Shown: positions 17,636-26,098 of the stretch, in pieces
Numbering within the stretch: position 1 is the stretch's first letter
How the letters are laid out: each line of letters starts with the position of its first letter
IMG/VR virus record: IMGVR_UViG_3300017651_000186
Coordinates: 1-36,057 of that record
Reading direction: 5' to 3' (one strand)
DNA from: a virus
Lineage: Duplodnaviria; Caudoviricetes
DNA: 36,057 bases
Notes under the pieces: model-generated
Seen by the model: only the letters and a program-made list of their open reading frames with translations
What the model was told of the DNA's origin: nothing
Databases searched by the model: none
Position numbers and translations under genes: made by a program

Positions 17636-19180
17636 CTACTCGGCGCCGCCGGTGCCGGTGCCGGCGCCGAAGGCTTCGGGGTACTTCATCCGCAGCTCGG
17701 GGATCGTCATCCGACCCCACTCGGAATTTGGGTGAGGGCCGAGGCCCTTCGCGGCGCGGATCTCGTCGAGGACGATCACGCCGTTGAGCTGGTCGTACGC
17801 GAAGAGCTCGGGCCGGACCGGGAGCGTCGGAAGGAGCTTTCGCGCCTCCTCTTCCGAGATCCCGCGGTCCTCGGCGAGCTGCTCGACGACGCTGCGCAGA
17901 CCGAGCTTCCGCTCCCGCTCGTAGACCTCGAGCTTCGCCTTGCGGGTCTCTGCCGCCTCCTGTGGCGACTGGACCACCGTCTCCTCGAGGACCTCGCAGG
18001 TGAACTCGGCGTTCGGATCGATGTGGTCCTTCGGAGCATGCGACGCGTTCCAGGCCGAGCGGTAGATCTCGGCGAGCGCGTACTCCGCCTCGACAATCGC
18101 GGGCACGTAGCGCCGGCGCCGCTCGATCACCTTCTGCCTGTCGAGGTAGAGCGACAAGCCCGACGGCGGCGCCTGGCCCGGGTTCTTCCCGATCGTCCCG
18201 GGGTTCAGGCCGTGCGACGCCAGGTGCTCGATCAGCATCGACTGGAGCGTCTCGTCGATCATCCGCGGATCGGACGCCATGTCGAGGACGTCGAACCGGG
18301 CGTTTCCGGTCACCTTCCAGATGTACCCGGGACCGGTGCGGTCGGGCGGCCTCCAGGACTTGTCGAGGTTCCCGCTCACCGCCACCTGCTTGTGGCTCTG
18401 CATGTGCAGTAGGTGCCGGAGCGCCGAGCGCGCTGCGAGGTAGTCGATCGCGAACTCCGCGCGGTCGGTGCCGGTCTCCGAATCCCAGAACCGATCGGGC
18501 GCCACGTCGGCATGGAAGGCCACGAAGGGCAGCCAGCCGAGCGGGTTCGCGTACGAGCTCGCCCCGGGCACCAGGCGCCGCTGTCGGCCGCCCTCGACAA
18601 GGAAGTGCTCGGTCGGCGTCCATACGACGGTGACTAGCTCGCCGTCCCGCAGGAGCTGGTCATACATGACCACTTCCGGCTGCGTCGGGTCGTCGACGCG
18701 CGGGATCACTGTGCACTCGTGCGGCCGAAACACCCGGAGGCTCGGGCGGCCCGCCTTCCCCTCGGCGCCAGGGATCCCCGGGAGCGCGCGGATCAGGCCG
18801 TCGTTGCAGCCGTCGAGCGTCTCGACGACCTTCTGCATGACGAGGTCGAAGGGCTCCTCGTTCTCCTCGAGGCGCGCGTAGACCTCGTCGCGCGTCGAGC
18901 CGTTCATGAACGCCCGGCGGGCCCCGCGGAACTGCGCGACCTCGTCGTTCACGAACTTGAAGACGTTGCAGCTCGAGTCCGCGAGCGTGCCGACTCGATC
19001 GGCGTCCTCGGGCCGCGCGAACATGTCGCGAAGGCGCGACCGCACGATCTCGCGGTAGTCCCCGACGAGGAGCTGGTGACGAACGCGCATCCGCCCGCGG
19101 CGGGTGCCGTCGTCCATCCTCAGCTTGTTCAGGTCCATGATCTTGTTCACGGCCCTCGACTCCGATCCGAACTCGATCAC
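17636..19180 (-). CDS. Portal protein
   Basis: 514 aa directly after terL; 'NPLGWLPFV' and 'SGLSL' motifs of SPP1-like portals. Confidence 0.8.
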   Translation of the reverse strand: MIEFGSESRAVNKIMDLNKLRMDDGTRRGRMRVRHQLLVGDYREIVRSRLRDMFARPEDADRVGTLADSSCNVFKFVNDEVAQFRGARRAFMNGSTRDEVYARLEENEEPFDLVMQKVVETLDGCNDGLIRALPGIPGAEGKAGRPSLRVFRPHECTVIPRVDDPTQPEVVMYDQLLRDGELVTVVWTPTEHFLVEGGRQRRLVPGASSYANPLGWLPFVAFHADVAPDRFWDSETGTDRAEFAIDYLAARSALRHLLHMQSHKQVAVSGNLDKSWRPPDRTGPGYIWKVTGNARFDVLDMASDPRMIDETLQSMLIEHLASHGLNPGTIGKNPGQAPPSGLSLYLDRQKVIERRRRYVPAIVEAEYALAEIYRSAWNASHAPKDHIDPNAEFTCEVLEETVVQSPQEAAETRKAKLEVYERERKLGLRSVVEQLAEDRGISEEEARKLLPTLPVRPELFAYDQLNGVIVLDEIRAAKGLGPHPNSEWGRMTIPELRMKYPEAFGAGTGTGGAE

Positions 19181-19183
19181 GCG

Positions 19184-20425
19184 TCACTCCACGGAGCCGC
19201 GATCGAGCAGCGGCCGCAGGCCCCAGACGAAGTAGCCCGCGGCGTCGGGCAGGTGGTCCTTGCCCTTTTTTTTGTCCGGCGAGCCCTGCTTGCCCCAGAC
19301 CTGCGTCAACATGCAGTCGATGAACTCGCGGCAGCGCTCGTTCACGAAGAGGTGGCGTTCCTCCTCGGCGTTCAGGATCTGCGCCTGCAACCCGTGCACG
19401 CGATCGATGACGCGCGGGTTCTGCCCGTCATGGGACGTGTGGAACCCGTGCGAGCGCATCAGGACGTTGTCGGCCTTCGCGCCCTTGCCGGCTCCGGTGA
19501 CGTTGTACTCGCCGGAGGAGTCCGCGAAGATCGTGACGTCCCGACGCCAGTCGATCCTCCGGTCCTCGAAAAACTTCTGCAGCGCCGCGATGTGCCGGAG
19601 CGGCGATCCGCGGGTGATGAGCTCGTCGGTGATGTAGAGGTCGTCGTCGAGCTCGAACCCGATCACCGCCGAGTACAGGCCCGCGTTGTAGTCCTGCCCG
19701 ACGTAGATCTCGGTGTTGCGTGGAAGCTCGATCTCCTTCTTGAGGACGTTCGCCTCGAGGGAGAAGTCACCGTAGATCGCGCCGACAAGCGCCTCGAACT
19801 TGGCGCCGAACTCCTGATCGAACGCCGCCCGTGCCAGCGTCCGGCGCCCCTCTTCAACCGTCGCCCGGTCGTGGTCGGGTCGATCCCACGTCGCTTTCTG
19901 CCAGTGTGCCCAGGCAGGATCGCCCTGCGTGCGGTTCCACAGCTCGTAGCAGTGGTTCGGACCGTCGGGCGTCGTGATGATCATCGCCCGGTCATGCCGC
20001 GTACGCAGGCCCGGGCGGAGGGCCTTCCAGAGCTCCTTTTTGCAGAAGGCGAACTCGGTGATGACCAGGTTGTGGATGTCCGGACCACGAAGCGAGTCCG
20101 GCCGATCCGATCCGGCCAGGCGCAGGATCGGACCCCACTTGAATTCGAACTCGAGGTTCGTTTCGTGCGGCTTCCGCCGTAAGTACTTCCGCGGGATGAC
20201 CGATTTGAACCGCTCCCAGGCGATCGCTCGGACCTGCTGATGGGACGGTCCGATGTACCCGGCCAGGAAACCAGGTCTCGCCCTGGGGCCCGTCACCGCC
20301 TCGAGGGTGGCCGAGATCGCGAGATGATCCTTTCCCCAACCGCGACCACACAACACGAAGCGGAACTGCGCGGGACTCTGGGAGACTTCCCACTGCCCTC
20401 GGTGGAGCTCCCGGTAGTCTATCAT
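19184..20425 (-). CDS. terL: Terminase large subunit
   Basis: Walker A 'GRGWGK', 'LRG', 'ITTP', 'FDQEFGAKF', nuclease 'GQDYN...DHLPDAAGY'. Confidence 0.92.
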   Translation of the reverse strand: MIDYRELHRGQWEVSQSPAQFRFVLCGRGWGKDHLAISATLEAVTGPRARPGFLAGYIGPSHQQVRAIAWERFKSVIPRKYLRRKPHETNLEFEFKWGPILRLAGSDRPDSLRGPDIHNLVITEFAFCKKELWKALRPGLRTRHDRAMIITTPDGPNHCYELWNRTQGDPAWAHWQKATWDRPDHDRATVEEGRRTLARAAFDQEFGAKFEALVGAIYGDFSLEANVLKKEIELPRNTEIYVGQDYNAGLYSAVIGFELDDDLYITDELITRGSPLRHIAALQKFFEDRRIDWRRDVTIFADSSGEYNVTGAGKGAKADNVLMRSHGFHTSHDGQNPRVIDRVHGLQAQILNAEEERHLFVNERCREFIDCMLTQVWGKQGSPDKKKGKDHLPDAAGYFVWGLRPLLDRGSVE

Positions 20426-20988
20426 GTTGCCCCGTCGCCGCCTCCTTCACCCTCTGTGGGCGCCTCTCTTTCGACCAGGCGAGGGACCCACGCCGGCGGC
20501 TTCTCCCAGGTGTCGTCGGGCTTCTCGTCCTCGCCAGCGTCCTTCCCGAGGTCCTTCACCAACTTCAGGATCGCGCTCGCCGCACCCAGCCTCACCGAGT
20601 CCTGGGGTGACGAACTCTTCGCGAGTTCGACGAGGGTCTTGACCGCGGTGTTCGCGGCCTTTCCGAGACGAACGCCGACGATCGCCATCGCCTCGCGGCG
20701 GTGGTCGGCGAGGGCGTCCCGGAGCGCGGGCGACTTCAGCCGGTTGGTGATCGTGTTGCGGTGGACGCCCAGCTTCGCCGCCACCCGCGACGGCGACGGA
20801 TTCTTGAGCAGCGCGGCGAGGAGCTCCTCGTCCGAGACCGCCGGTGGCCGGCCGGGCTTGCGCGGCGGCCGCCGAGGTTTCGCGGCGGGCGGCTGCGCCT
20901 TCGACTTCGTCGCGCGCTTCGCCGGCGCCGGCGCGGTCTTCGTCGGCGGCGCTCGCTTCGGCGCCGCTCGTTTTTTCGAGGTCGCCAT
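20422..20988 (-). CDS. terS: Terminase small subunit (HTH) with AKP-rich N-terminal tail
   Basis: 'GRPP' then HTH 'SRVAAKLGVHRNTITNRL'; ATGA overlap with terL. Confidence 0.7.
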   Translation of the reverse strand: MATSKKRAAPKRAPPTKTAPAPAKRATKSKAQPPAAKPRRPPRKPGRPPAVSDEELLAALLKNPSPSRVAAKLGVHRNTITNRLKSPALRDALADHRREAMAIVGVRLGKAANTAVKTLVELAKSSSPQDSVRLGAASAILKLVKDLGKDAGEDEKPDDTWEKPPAWVPRLVEREAPTEGEGGGDGAT

Positions 20989-21153
20989 CAGAGGGCCCTA
21001 GCAGGCCGCAGGAGCGACGATCACCTCAGCCGACTCGCGGCCCATCCGTCGTGCCGAACGCCATCACGGCGGGTGAACGGGGGCCTCCGCGGCCCGCCAA
21101 GCCCCCCCTCGCCCTGGCGCGCACAAAAACACAGGCCCCCATCCCGCCGAAAG

Positions 21154-21162
21154 TTATCCACA
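21154..21162 (+). promoter_or_regulatory. Perfect DnaA box TTATCCACA
   Basis: Exact consensus match in the intergenic region upstream of terS. Confidence 0.45.
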
Positions 21163-21278
21163 GGGGTCCGGCCCTCGGGCCGGCCCGAAAATCGGACACC
21201 CCCGAACGGGTGGGGCTGCAGGGGCTGGCATGGGGCATGCAGCAGGGACCCCGCAGGACTGTCGACGAGGGGCGCCCC

Positions 21279-21461
21279 TCACGGCGGGCGCCTCGGGTCG
21301 ACGTGATCGAGGAGGAGCTGGGCGAGCGCCGCCGCCATGGCGTGGGTGACGACCAGGTGAACCACCCGGCCGCTGCGCGCCTTGCACCGGAGTTCGAGGC
21401 GGCAGTCCTCCAGCTCCTTCGCCTGCACCTGGTCGAGCTCGTGTCGGTCCGGCTTGCCCAT
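21279..21461 (-). CDS. 60-aa hypothetical (paralogue B)
   Basis: Aligns by eye with the upstream 59-aa ORF. Confidence 0.55.
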   Translation of the reverse strand: MGKPDRHELDQVQAKELEDCRLELRCKARSGRVVHLVVTHAMAAALAQLLLDHVDPRRPP

Positions 21462-21465
21462 CGAC

Positions 21466-21645
21466 CTACGCCTGCGCCTTTGGCCCGACGAACTCGAGGA
21501 TGGTCATCGCGAGCTCGGCCGCCTGCCCGACGTCGAGCAGCAAATCCATCTTCACCCCGTCCCTCCTGATCAGCGTCACTGTGACGCTGTCGTCCTCCAT
21601 CCCAACCTCGATCGAGTCGATGCCGTGGCGCTCGGTCTTGGCCAT
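21466..21645 (-). CDS. 59-aa hypothetical (paralogue A, not in ORF track)
   Basis: GAGGA RBS then MAKTERHGIDSIEVGMEDDSVTVTLIRRDGVKMDLLLDVGQAAELAMTILEFVGPKAQA*. Confidence 0.6.
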   Translation of the reverse strand: MAKTERHGIDSIEVGMEDDSVTVTLIRRDGVKMDLLLDVGQAAELAMTILEFVGPKAQA

Positions 21646-21759
21646 CGGATCCTCGGCCGCCCGCCGGCGGTCGGCGCCCTCGCGATGGGTCGCCGCCGCC
21701 GGCGTCGGTCTCGTTCGCTGGGGGTGGTGTAAAGCTGGGCGCCATGCTGCGCCCGGTCT

Positions 21760-21835
21760 TGGCTGGCCCGCCTGGAGTCGAACCAGGGGCGCGGCGGTTA
21801 ACGGCCGCCTGCTCTACCTGCTGAGCTACGGACCA
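21760..21835 (-). tRNA. tRNA-Asn(GTT), phage-encoded, with CCA
   Basis: 76-nt cloverleaf: acceptor TGGTCCG/CGGGCCA, D-arm GCTC/GAGC, GGCGG-CCGTTAA-CCGCC, CCTGG-TTCGACT-CCAGG, G73, CCA. Confidence 0.9.
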
Positions 21836-22000
21836 AGAAAGGGTGCGGGTCCCTGCCAGGACCCGCGGGCGTTCGAGCTTGGAGGCCAGGAGGACGCCGT
21901 AAAGGTGATGGCCCGGGCCGCCGGAGGTCGTGGCGGTCGGGCCATCGTGTGCTCGTGGTGGGCGAGCGTATCCAGTAGACCCGGTGGGCATGTCGACGTG

Positions 22001-22050
22001 GGCGATCATCTCCGCTCACCTGCGCTCATCTGCGCTCATCTGCGCTCACG
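22001..22050. repeat. Five tandem 10-bp repeats (TGCGCTCATC consensus)
   Basis: ggcgatcatc tccgctcacc tgcgctcatc tgcgctcatc tgcgctcacg. Confidence 0.85.
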
Positions 22051-22757
22051 CCCTCGACGCGGCGGCAGGTTCGGTGCCACGCGGCGAGCTCGTCGGCGAA
22101 GGCCCACACCGCACCGCCCTCCACCGCTTGCTGCACCGGCAGGCCTGTCGCGGAGTACCGGCGCGCCGTCGCCTCCGAGACCCCGATGGCGTCGGCGATG
22201 GCCTTCCACCCGACCAGCGGCTTCCCTCGAGGAGGCGCTGCGGTGGGCTCTGCCTCGAGGCGTTCGCGCTCGGCGCCGATGAGTAGCCGCCGGCGGATGA
22301 GCTCCTCACGGAAGGCGCGGATCCGGATGTTGAGCGAGTACCGCGAGAGTCCCTCGGGCAGCGCCGTCGGGAGGCCGGAGCGCTCGAGCCAGGGCGGGCC
22401 ACCGTCGCCCGGCTCGGCTTCCCGGAGACGCTCGACGCCCAGCGCCCAGCCGGCGGCGACCACGGTGCACGGGCGCCAGCTCGCGGGGACCACGTCGAGC
22501 GCCCGCTCGATCGCCTCCACCGTGCCGGCGACGTCGATCCTGGAGAGGGAGCGCCCGATGCGCGGCTCCAGGTCGGAGAGGCTGCGCCCCTTCGGCCCCT
22601 GCCGGTGCTCGAGCCAGAACGCCGCCGCCTGCTGTTCTCCGGCGCGGCCGCGGATCGGGAAGCCCTTCTTGTCGAGCTTCCCCGTGCCGAGCTCGTCGCG
22701 GAACGTGAGCAGCTCGAGGCCGAGCGTCGGGTCGTTTGGGATGAAGCCGCTGCTCAT
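22026..22757 (-). CDS. Putative late-gene regulator with C-terminal MerR/Xis-like wHTH
   Basis: Start MSSGFIP (ATGA overlap); 'LVGWKAIADAIGVSEATARRY..GLPV..AVWAFADELAAW'; last early-left gene. Confidence 0.6.
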   Translation of the reverse strand: MSSGFIPNDPTLGLELLTFRDELGTGKLDKKGFPIRGRAGEQQAAAFWLEHRQGPKGRSLSDLEPRIGRSLSRIDVAGTVEAIERALDVVPASWRPCTVVAAGWALGVERLREAEPGDGGPPWLERSGLPTALPEGLSRYSLNIRIRAFREELIRRRLLIGAERERLEAEPTAAPPRGKPLVGWKAIADAIGVSEATARRYSATGLPVQQAVEGGAVWAFADELAAWHRTCRRVEGVSADERR

Positions 22758-23155
22758 CGACCACCTGCCAGTCGCTGCCGGCGACGTTCCGTCCGTCGGT
22801 GGAGCTCGAGGATCCGCCGCGCGAGCCGCGCGGAGTCGCACTGGATCATGGCCCAGTCGAGCCGATCGGCGCCGTGGGTCTCGAGGAGCCCCTGCGAAGC
22901 GTACATGACCAGGTCGACGGCCTCCTGCAGCGCGTCCACCGCGACCTTCCTGCCGTTGTGCGGCTGAAGCTCGGTGCCGTACTCGGCGCGGCCGAGCTCG
23001 GAGCGCCGGAGGAGGATGCGCGCCAGGTCCCGCCCCTCGCGTCCGTCGACGATCGCCCTCACCGCACCCATGGCCCCATCGACGACGGGCGGCAGGGTGT
23101 TCGGGATCGGGGCCGGCTGAGGCCGGGCGAGTAGCTCGAGCTCGTCGTGCGTCAC
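22754..23155 (-). CDS. All-alpha nucleotide pyrophosphohydrolase-like phage protein
   Basis: 'RSELGRAEYGTEL...DALQEAVDLVMY'. Confidence 0.5.
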   Translation of the reverse strand: MTHDELELLARPQPAPIPNTLPPVVDGAMGAVRAIVDGREGRDLARILLRRSELGRAEYGTELQPHNGRKVAVDALQEAVDLVMYASQGLLETHGADRLDWAMIQCDSARLARRILELHRRTERRRQRLAGGR

Positions 23156-24276
23156 GGCGCAGCCTCCGCGGCCGCGAAGGCTGCATCCGCCGCGAGTTCG
23201 TCGGCCAGGTCACGGGCCCGGAGCGACGTCGCGTGAGGCGAGCTGCAGCCCTCGTGGTAGGCCGGCCACCACCCGTGCCCGTCCCATCGGTGCGGCAACG
23301 TGGCGCGGCACCAGGCGCATCGCTGGGCCTGCGTCTGGCCTGGTTCCGGCGCATCGCCGGCGAGTTCCTCGGGTGGAGGAGGGGCGATCCCACCGACCAG
23401 GCGCGGTCCGCTCCGGGCAGCCTGCTCGAGCTTGAAGTCGTACTTGCCGCCGAGCATTGCGTCGGCGTTCTCGTCGTTCGCAACGAGCCACGCGAAGTCG
23501 AGCCAGGTGCACCCACCCTCGGCGCGCAGCCGGCGGGCGTAGGCCAAGGCCGGATCCCAGTCCGACCACCGCGGCCGAGCCTTGATGCGCAGCTCGGCCT
23601 TCCGGCGTTGCTTGCCGAGCGGCAGCCGGACCGCGCCCTTCGCCTTGCCGTCGGCGACGTCGCGGTTCCAGCGCTGCGCCAGGGCCTCGGGGGTGACGCG
23701 GTCTGGGTCGGGCACTTCCGGCTCGACGGCGAGCGGCTCAGGGGCAGGCTTCCCCGCGGCGCCAGCCGTGGGGGGAGGGGGGGGATCTTGTCCTTCGTCC
23801 TTCGTCATACGTCCTACGTCAGGCAGTAGAGCTACAGGACGACTTCCGGAGGTCTTCTGTAGCTCTACCGAAGGACTGCCGTAGTCCTCCTGTTGCCCTC
23901 CGGTAGGCATGCGGGAGAGCTTCCGAAGTGCGGGGGGGGGCGGCGGGATCTCGCTCTTCGTCTTGGTGCGCTCCCAGGTAGACAGTGCCTGGTGGCGCGG
24001 GAACGACGGGACCGCGAGGTACCTGGCGCCGTCGACCTCATACCGAACGACGAATCCCGCCGCCGCGAGCGTGCCCAACCACCCGTCCAGCACGTCGGCC
24101 GTGACGTCCTCGTCGTGTGGGAAGAGATCGGCCCGGAGTCGCCGCGGCCGGTCCTCGGCACGCCCCTCGCGATCGAGCGCCATCCACAGGTAGATGAAGC
24201 AGAGCCGGACTTCTCGGGGCAGGTCGGCGAGATCCTCGTGAGTCGTGATCTCCGGCCTGATGTTGCGGATCCTCAT
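23152..24276 (-). CDS. Phage replication initiator
   Basis: N-terminus 'MRIRNIRPE..RLCFIYLW..DREGRAEDRPRRLRADLFPHD', Pro-rich linker, C-terminal 'LDFAWL..GGKY'; start at ATGA overlap. Confidence 0.75.
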   Translation of the reverse strand: MRIRNIRPEITTHEDLADLPREVRLCFIYLWMALDREGRAEDRPRRLRADLFPHDEDVTADVLDGWLGTLAAAGFVVRYEVDGARYLAVPSFPRHQALSTWERTKTKSEIPPPPPALRKLSRMPTGGQQEDYGSPSVELQKTSGSRPVALLPDVGRMTKDEGQDPPPPPTAGAAGKPAPEPLAVEPEVPDPDRVTPEALAQRWNRDVADGKAKGAVRLPLGKQRRKAELRIKARPRWSDWDPALAYARRLRAEGGCTWLDFAWLVANDENADAMLGGKYDFKLEQAARSGPRLVGGIAPPPPEELAGDAPEPGQTQAQRCAWCRATLPHRWDGHGWWPAYHEGCSSPHATSLRARDLADELAADAAFAAAEAAP

Positions 24277-24764
24277 GTACCGCTGACCTCCTCCACGATC
24301 GCTTCCACCACCAACTCCACCCCGGGGCCGCGGGCCGGGTTCGCCCACACCTTGCGCCGCACGCCGTCCGCCACCTGGGCGTCGTCGGTGTAGACGCCGG
24401 CCTTCTTGAGCGCGTCGAAGAGCGCCCGCTCGAGCTTGTCCTGGTCGGGCTTCACGTAGTGCCAGGTCGGCGCCGTCGGCTTCAGCCGCCGCCCGTCCCT
24501 GCCGATGAAGTGGGACTTCGGCCGCGGTAGGTGGAAGAAGGCGTCAAGGCGCACTGGCCCCGAGGGGATCGCCGGTTTCTCAGCCTTCCGCAGCCGCTTT
24601 CCGGTTCGGGCGAGGGCGGAGCGGACGAGGATGATCACCGAGTCCGTCCACACGCCGAGGTTGACGTTGTTCGGGATGATGTAGGTCCCGCCCCACCGGT
24701 TGCGGCGTACGTCGACCGAGCCCTTCGTCCTGGGTTCACCTGGGAGCCAGATCGCGAGCCTCAT
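24273..24764 (-). CDS. rusA: RusA Holliday junction resolvase
   Basis: 'KPDQDKLERALFDAL..GVYTDDAQV..K' signature. Confidence 0.9.
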   Translation of the reverse strand: MRLAIWLPGEPRTKGSVDVRRNRWGGTYIIPNNVNLGVWTDSVIILVRSALARTGKRLRKAEKPAIPSGPVRLDAFFHLPRPKSHFIGRDGRRLKPTAPTWHYVKPDQDKLERALFDALKKAGVYTDDAQVADGVRRKVWANPARGPGVELVVEAIVEEVSGT

Positions 24765-25054
24765 GCGGCCGCCCACGTGCGGCGGTCCCACGCCACGAAT
24801 TGCCCGAGGCGCCGCCAGAAGAGGGCCGGCGGCTGCGCGAGTGGGCGCGGGATGAAGCAGGGGCGATGCCCGAAGCACCACCGCGCCCCGGGCATCGCCG
24901 GCATTCCGCAGGCCACGCAGCTCCGCGGCGGCCGCCCGAACGCGTGAGCCTCGAGGTCGGCGGCGAGCTCGGCCGCGCCCTCGCTGTCCCCCGCCTCCAC
25001 GAGCGCATGCACCTCGACGCACCCGTCCGTGATCCACCGGTCGTCGAGCGTCAC
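24761..25054 (-). CDS. Hypothetical Zn-binding protein
   Basis: CVAC...WCFGH; overlaps both neighbours. Confidence 0.55.
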   Translation of the reverse strand: MTLDDRWITDGCVEVHALVEAGDSEGAAELAADLEAHAFGRPPRSCVACGMPAMPGARWCFGHRPCFIPRPLAQPPALFWRRLGQFVAWDRRTWAAA

Positions 25055-25320
25055 GGCCGCCTCCGGATCGCGTAGACGCCTTCAGCGAAGCGGCGGACGA
25101 GGCCGTCGGCGACGAGGCGCCGAACGTCCCGCGCGGCCGGCTTGTAGCCCTGGCCGGACGCGATGGCGAGCTCGCGCAGGTGCATCGGCCGGCCCCGCTC
25201 GAGCGCGGCAAGGATGAGGTCCCGGCGGGTGCGGAGCGGCGCCCCTGCGGGCAGCCGGGAAGCGAGGGCGGTCCGGACGTGGTGGAAGACGAGGGCGCGA
25301 AGCAAGTCGACGAGCGTCAT
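25051..25320 (-). CDS. Winged-helix DNA-binding protein
   Basis: 'ILAALERGRPMHLRELA...VRRLVADGLVRRFAEGVY'; start at ATGA overlap. Confidence 0.65.
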   Translation of the reverse strand: MTLVDLLRALVFHHVRTALASRLPAGAPLRTRRDLILAALERGRPMHLRELAIASGQGYKPAARDVRRLVADGLVRRFAEGVYAIRRRP

Positions 25321-25610
25321 GCGGCGATTCCTCTGCAGCTCGAGCACGGCCGGTGGCGCGCCTCGATGGTTGGATCCCAGTCCGGGCCGCTGATCGCCGC
25401 GTCGTACCCGTGGCGCTCGAGGACCTCGCGGGCCTTCTCGGCGAGCTCGAGCTCGCGCCCTCGGCGCCCGTGGACCGAGCCGCGGGCGACGCGGGGATCG
25501 GCCATCCGCCAAGACCAGCGGATCGCCGCCGTGTCCTCGAGAAGCTCCGGGAGGAGGGCGAACCCCAGCTCGCCGCACTCGGGCGCGCCGCGCCTGCACG
25601 TGCACCTCAT
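25317..25610 (-). CDS. Hypothetical, Cys pairs at both ends
   Basis: MRCTC...CSSC; GGAGG RBS; overlaps. Confidence 0.5.
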   Translation of the reverse strand: MRCTCRRGAPECGELGFALLPELLEDTAAIRWSWRMADPRVARGSVHGRRGRELELAEKAREVLERHGYDAAISGPDWDPTIEARHRPCSSCRGIAA

Positions 25611-26098
25611 GCCGTCCTCCCTGGCTGGTAGCCCTGGCGTCCCCACAAGGCGCGCACGGCCTGGCCGCCGCCGCGCTTCCGGAGGGCTTCGTACGCCTCG
25701 GTCACGCCCGGGTCGGCGAGCTGCGTAGCCTCGGCGAGGGCCGTCTGTCCCCCTCGTGTGGCAAGCTCGAGCTCCTCCTCCGTCGCTCGCGCCGGCCGGC
25801 CGCCTTCGAATCGCGGCATGCAGTCCGGGCAGATCCGCTCTTCCGGCGTGACGTACCGATGGCAGAGCGAGCTCGCGCAGAGCTGCTTCCCCTGGCACTC
25901 GTCGGGATCCGGTCGCAGGCCCCTGACTTGGTAGGTCCTGCCGTTCTTCGCCGCGCGCCGGATGCGGTACTGGAGCAGCTTCTGCTCGCGCCCCTCCTGC
26001 ATGCACGAAGAAGAGCAGTAGGTTCGAAGCCTCCCTCGAGGGATGGGCGCGCCGCACACGTCGCAGAGCCCCTTCTCCTTCACCGTGGTCCCGCTCAT
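25607..26098 (-). CDS. Double Zn-finger protein
   Basis: CDVC..YCSSSC and C..C..CPDC; start MSGTT with GAGG RBS. Confidence 0.55.
   Translation of the reverse strand: MSGTTVKEKGLCDVCGAPIPRGRLRTYCSSSCMQEGREQKLLQYRIRRAAKNGRTYQVRGLRPDPDECQGKQLCASSLCHRYVTPEERICPDCMPRFEGGRPARATEEELELATRGGQTALAEATQLADPGVTEAYEALRKRGGGQAVRALWGRQGYQPGRTA

Noticed and set aside
19264-19273. A AAA AAG slippery heptamer near the terL end
   Set aside because: The -1 frame leads into a low-complexity shadow ORF, not the portal, and would delete nuclease residues; it may simply encode KKK
21868-21900. Possible second tRNA (CTCCAA Trp-like loop)
   Set aside because: No T-arm TTCG or acceptor stem; treated as leader hairpins
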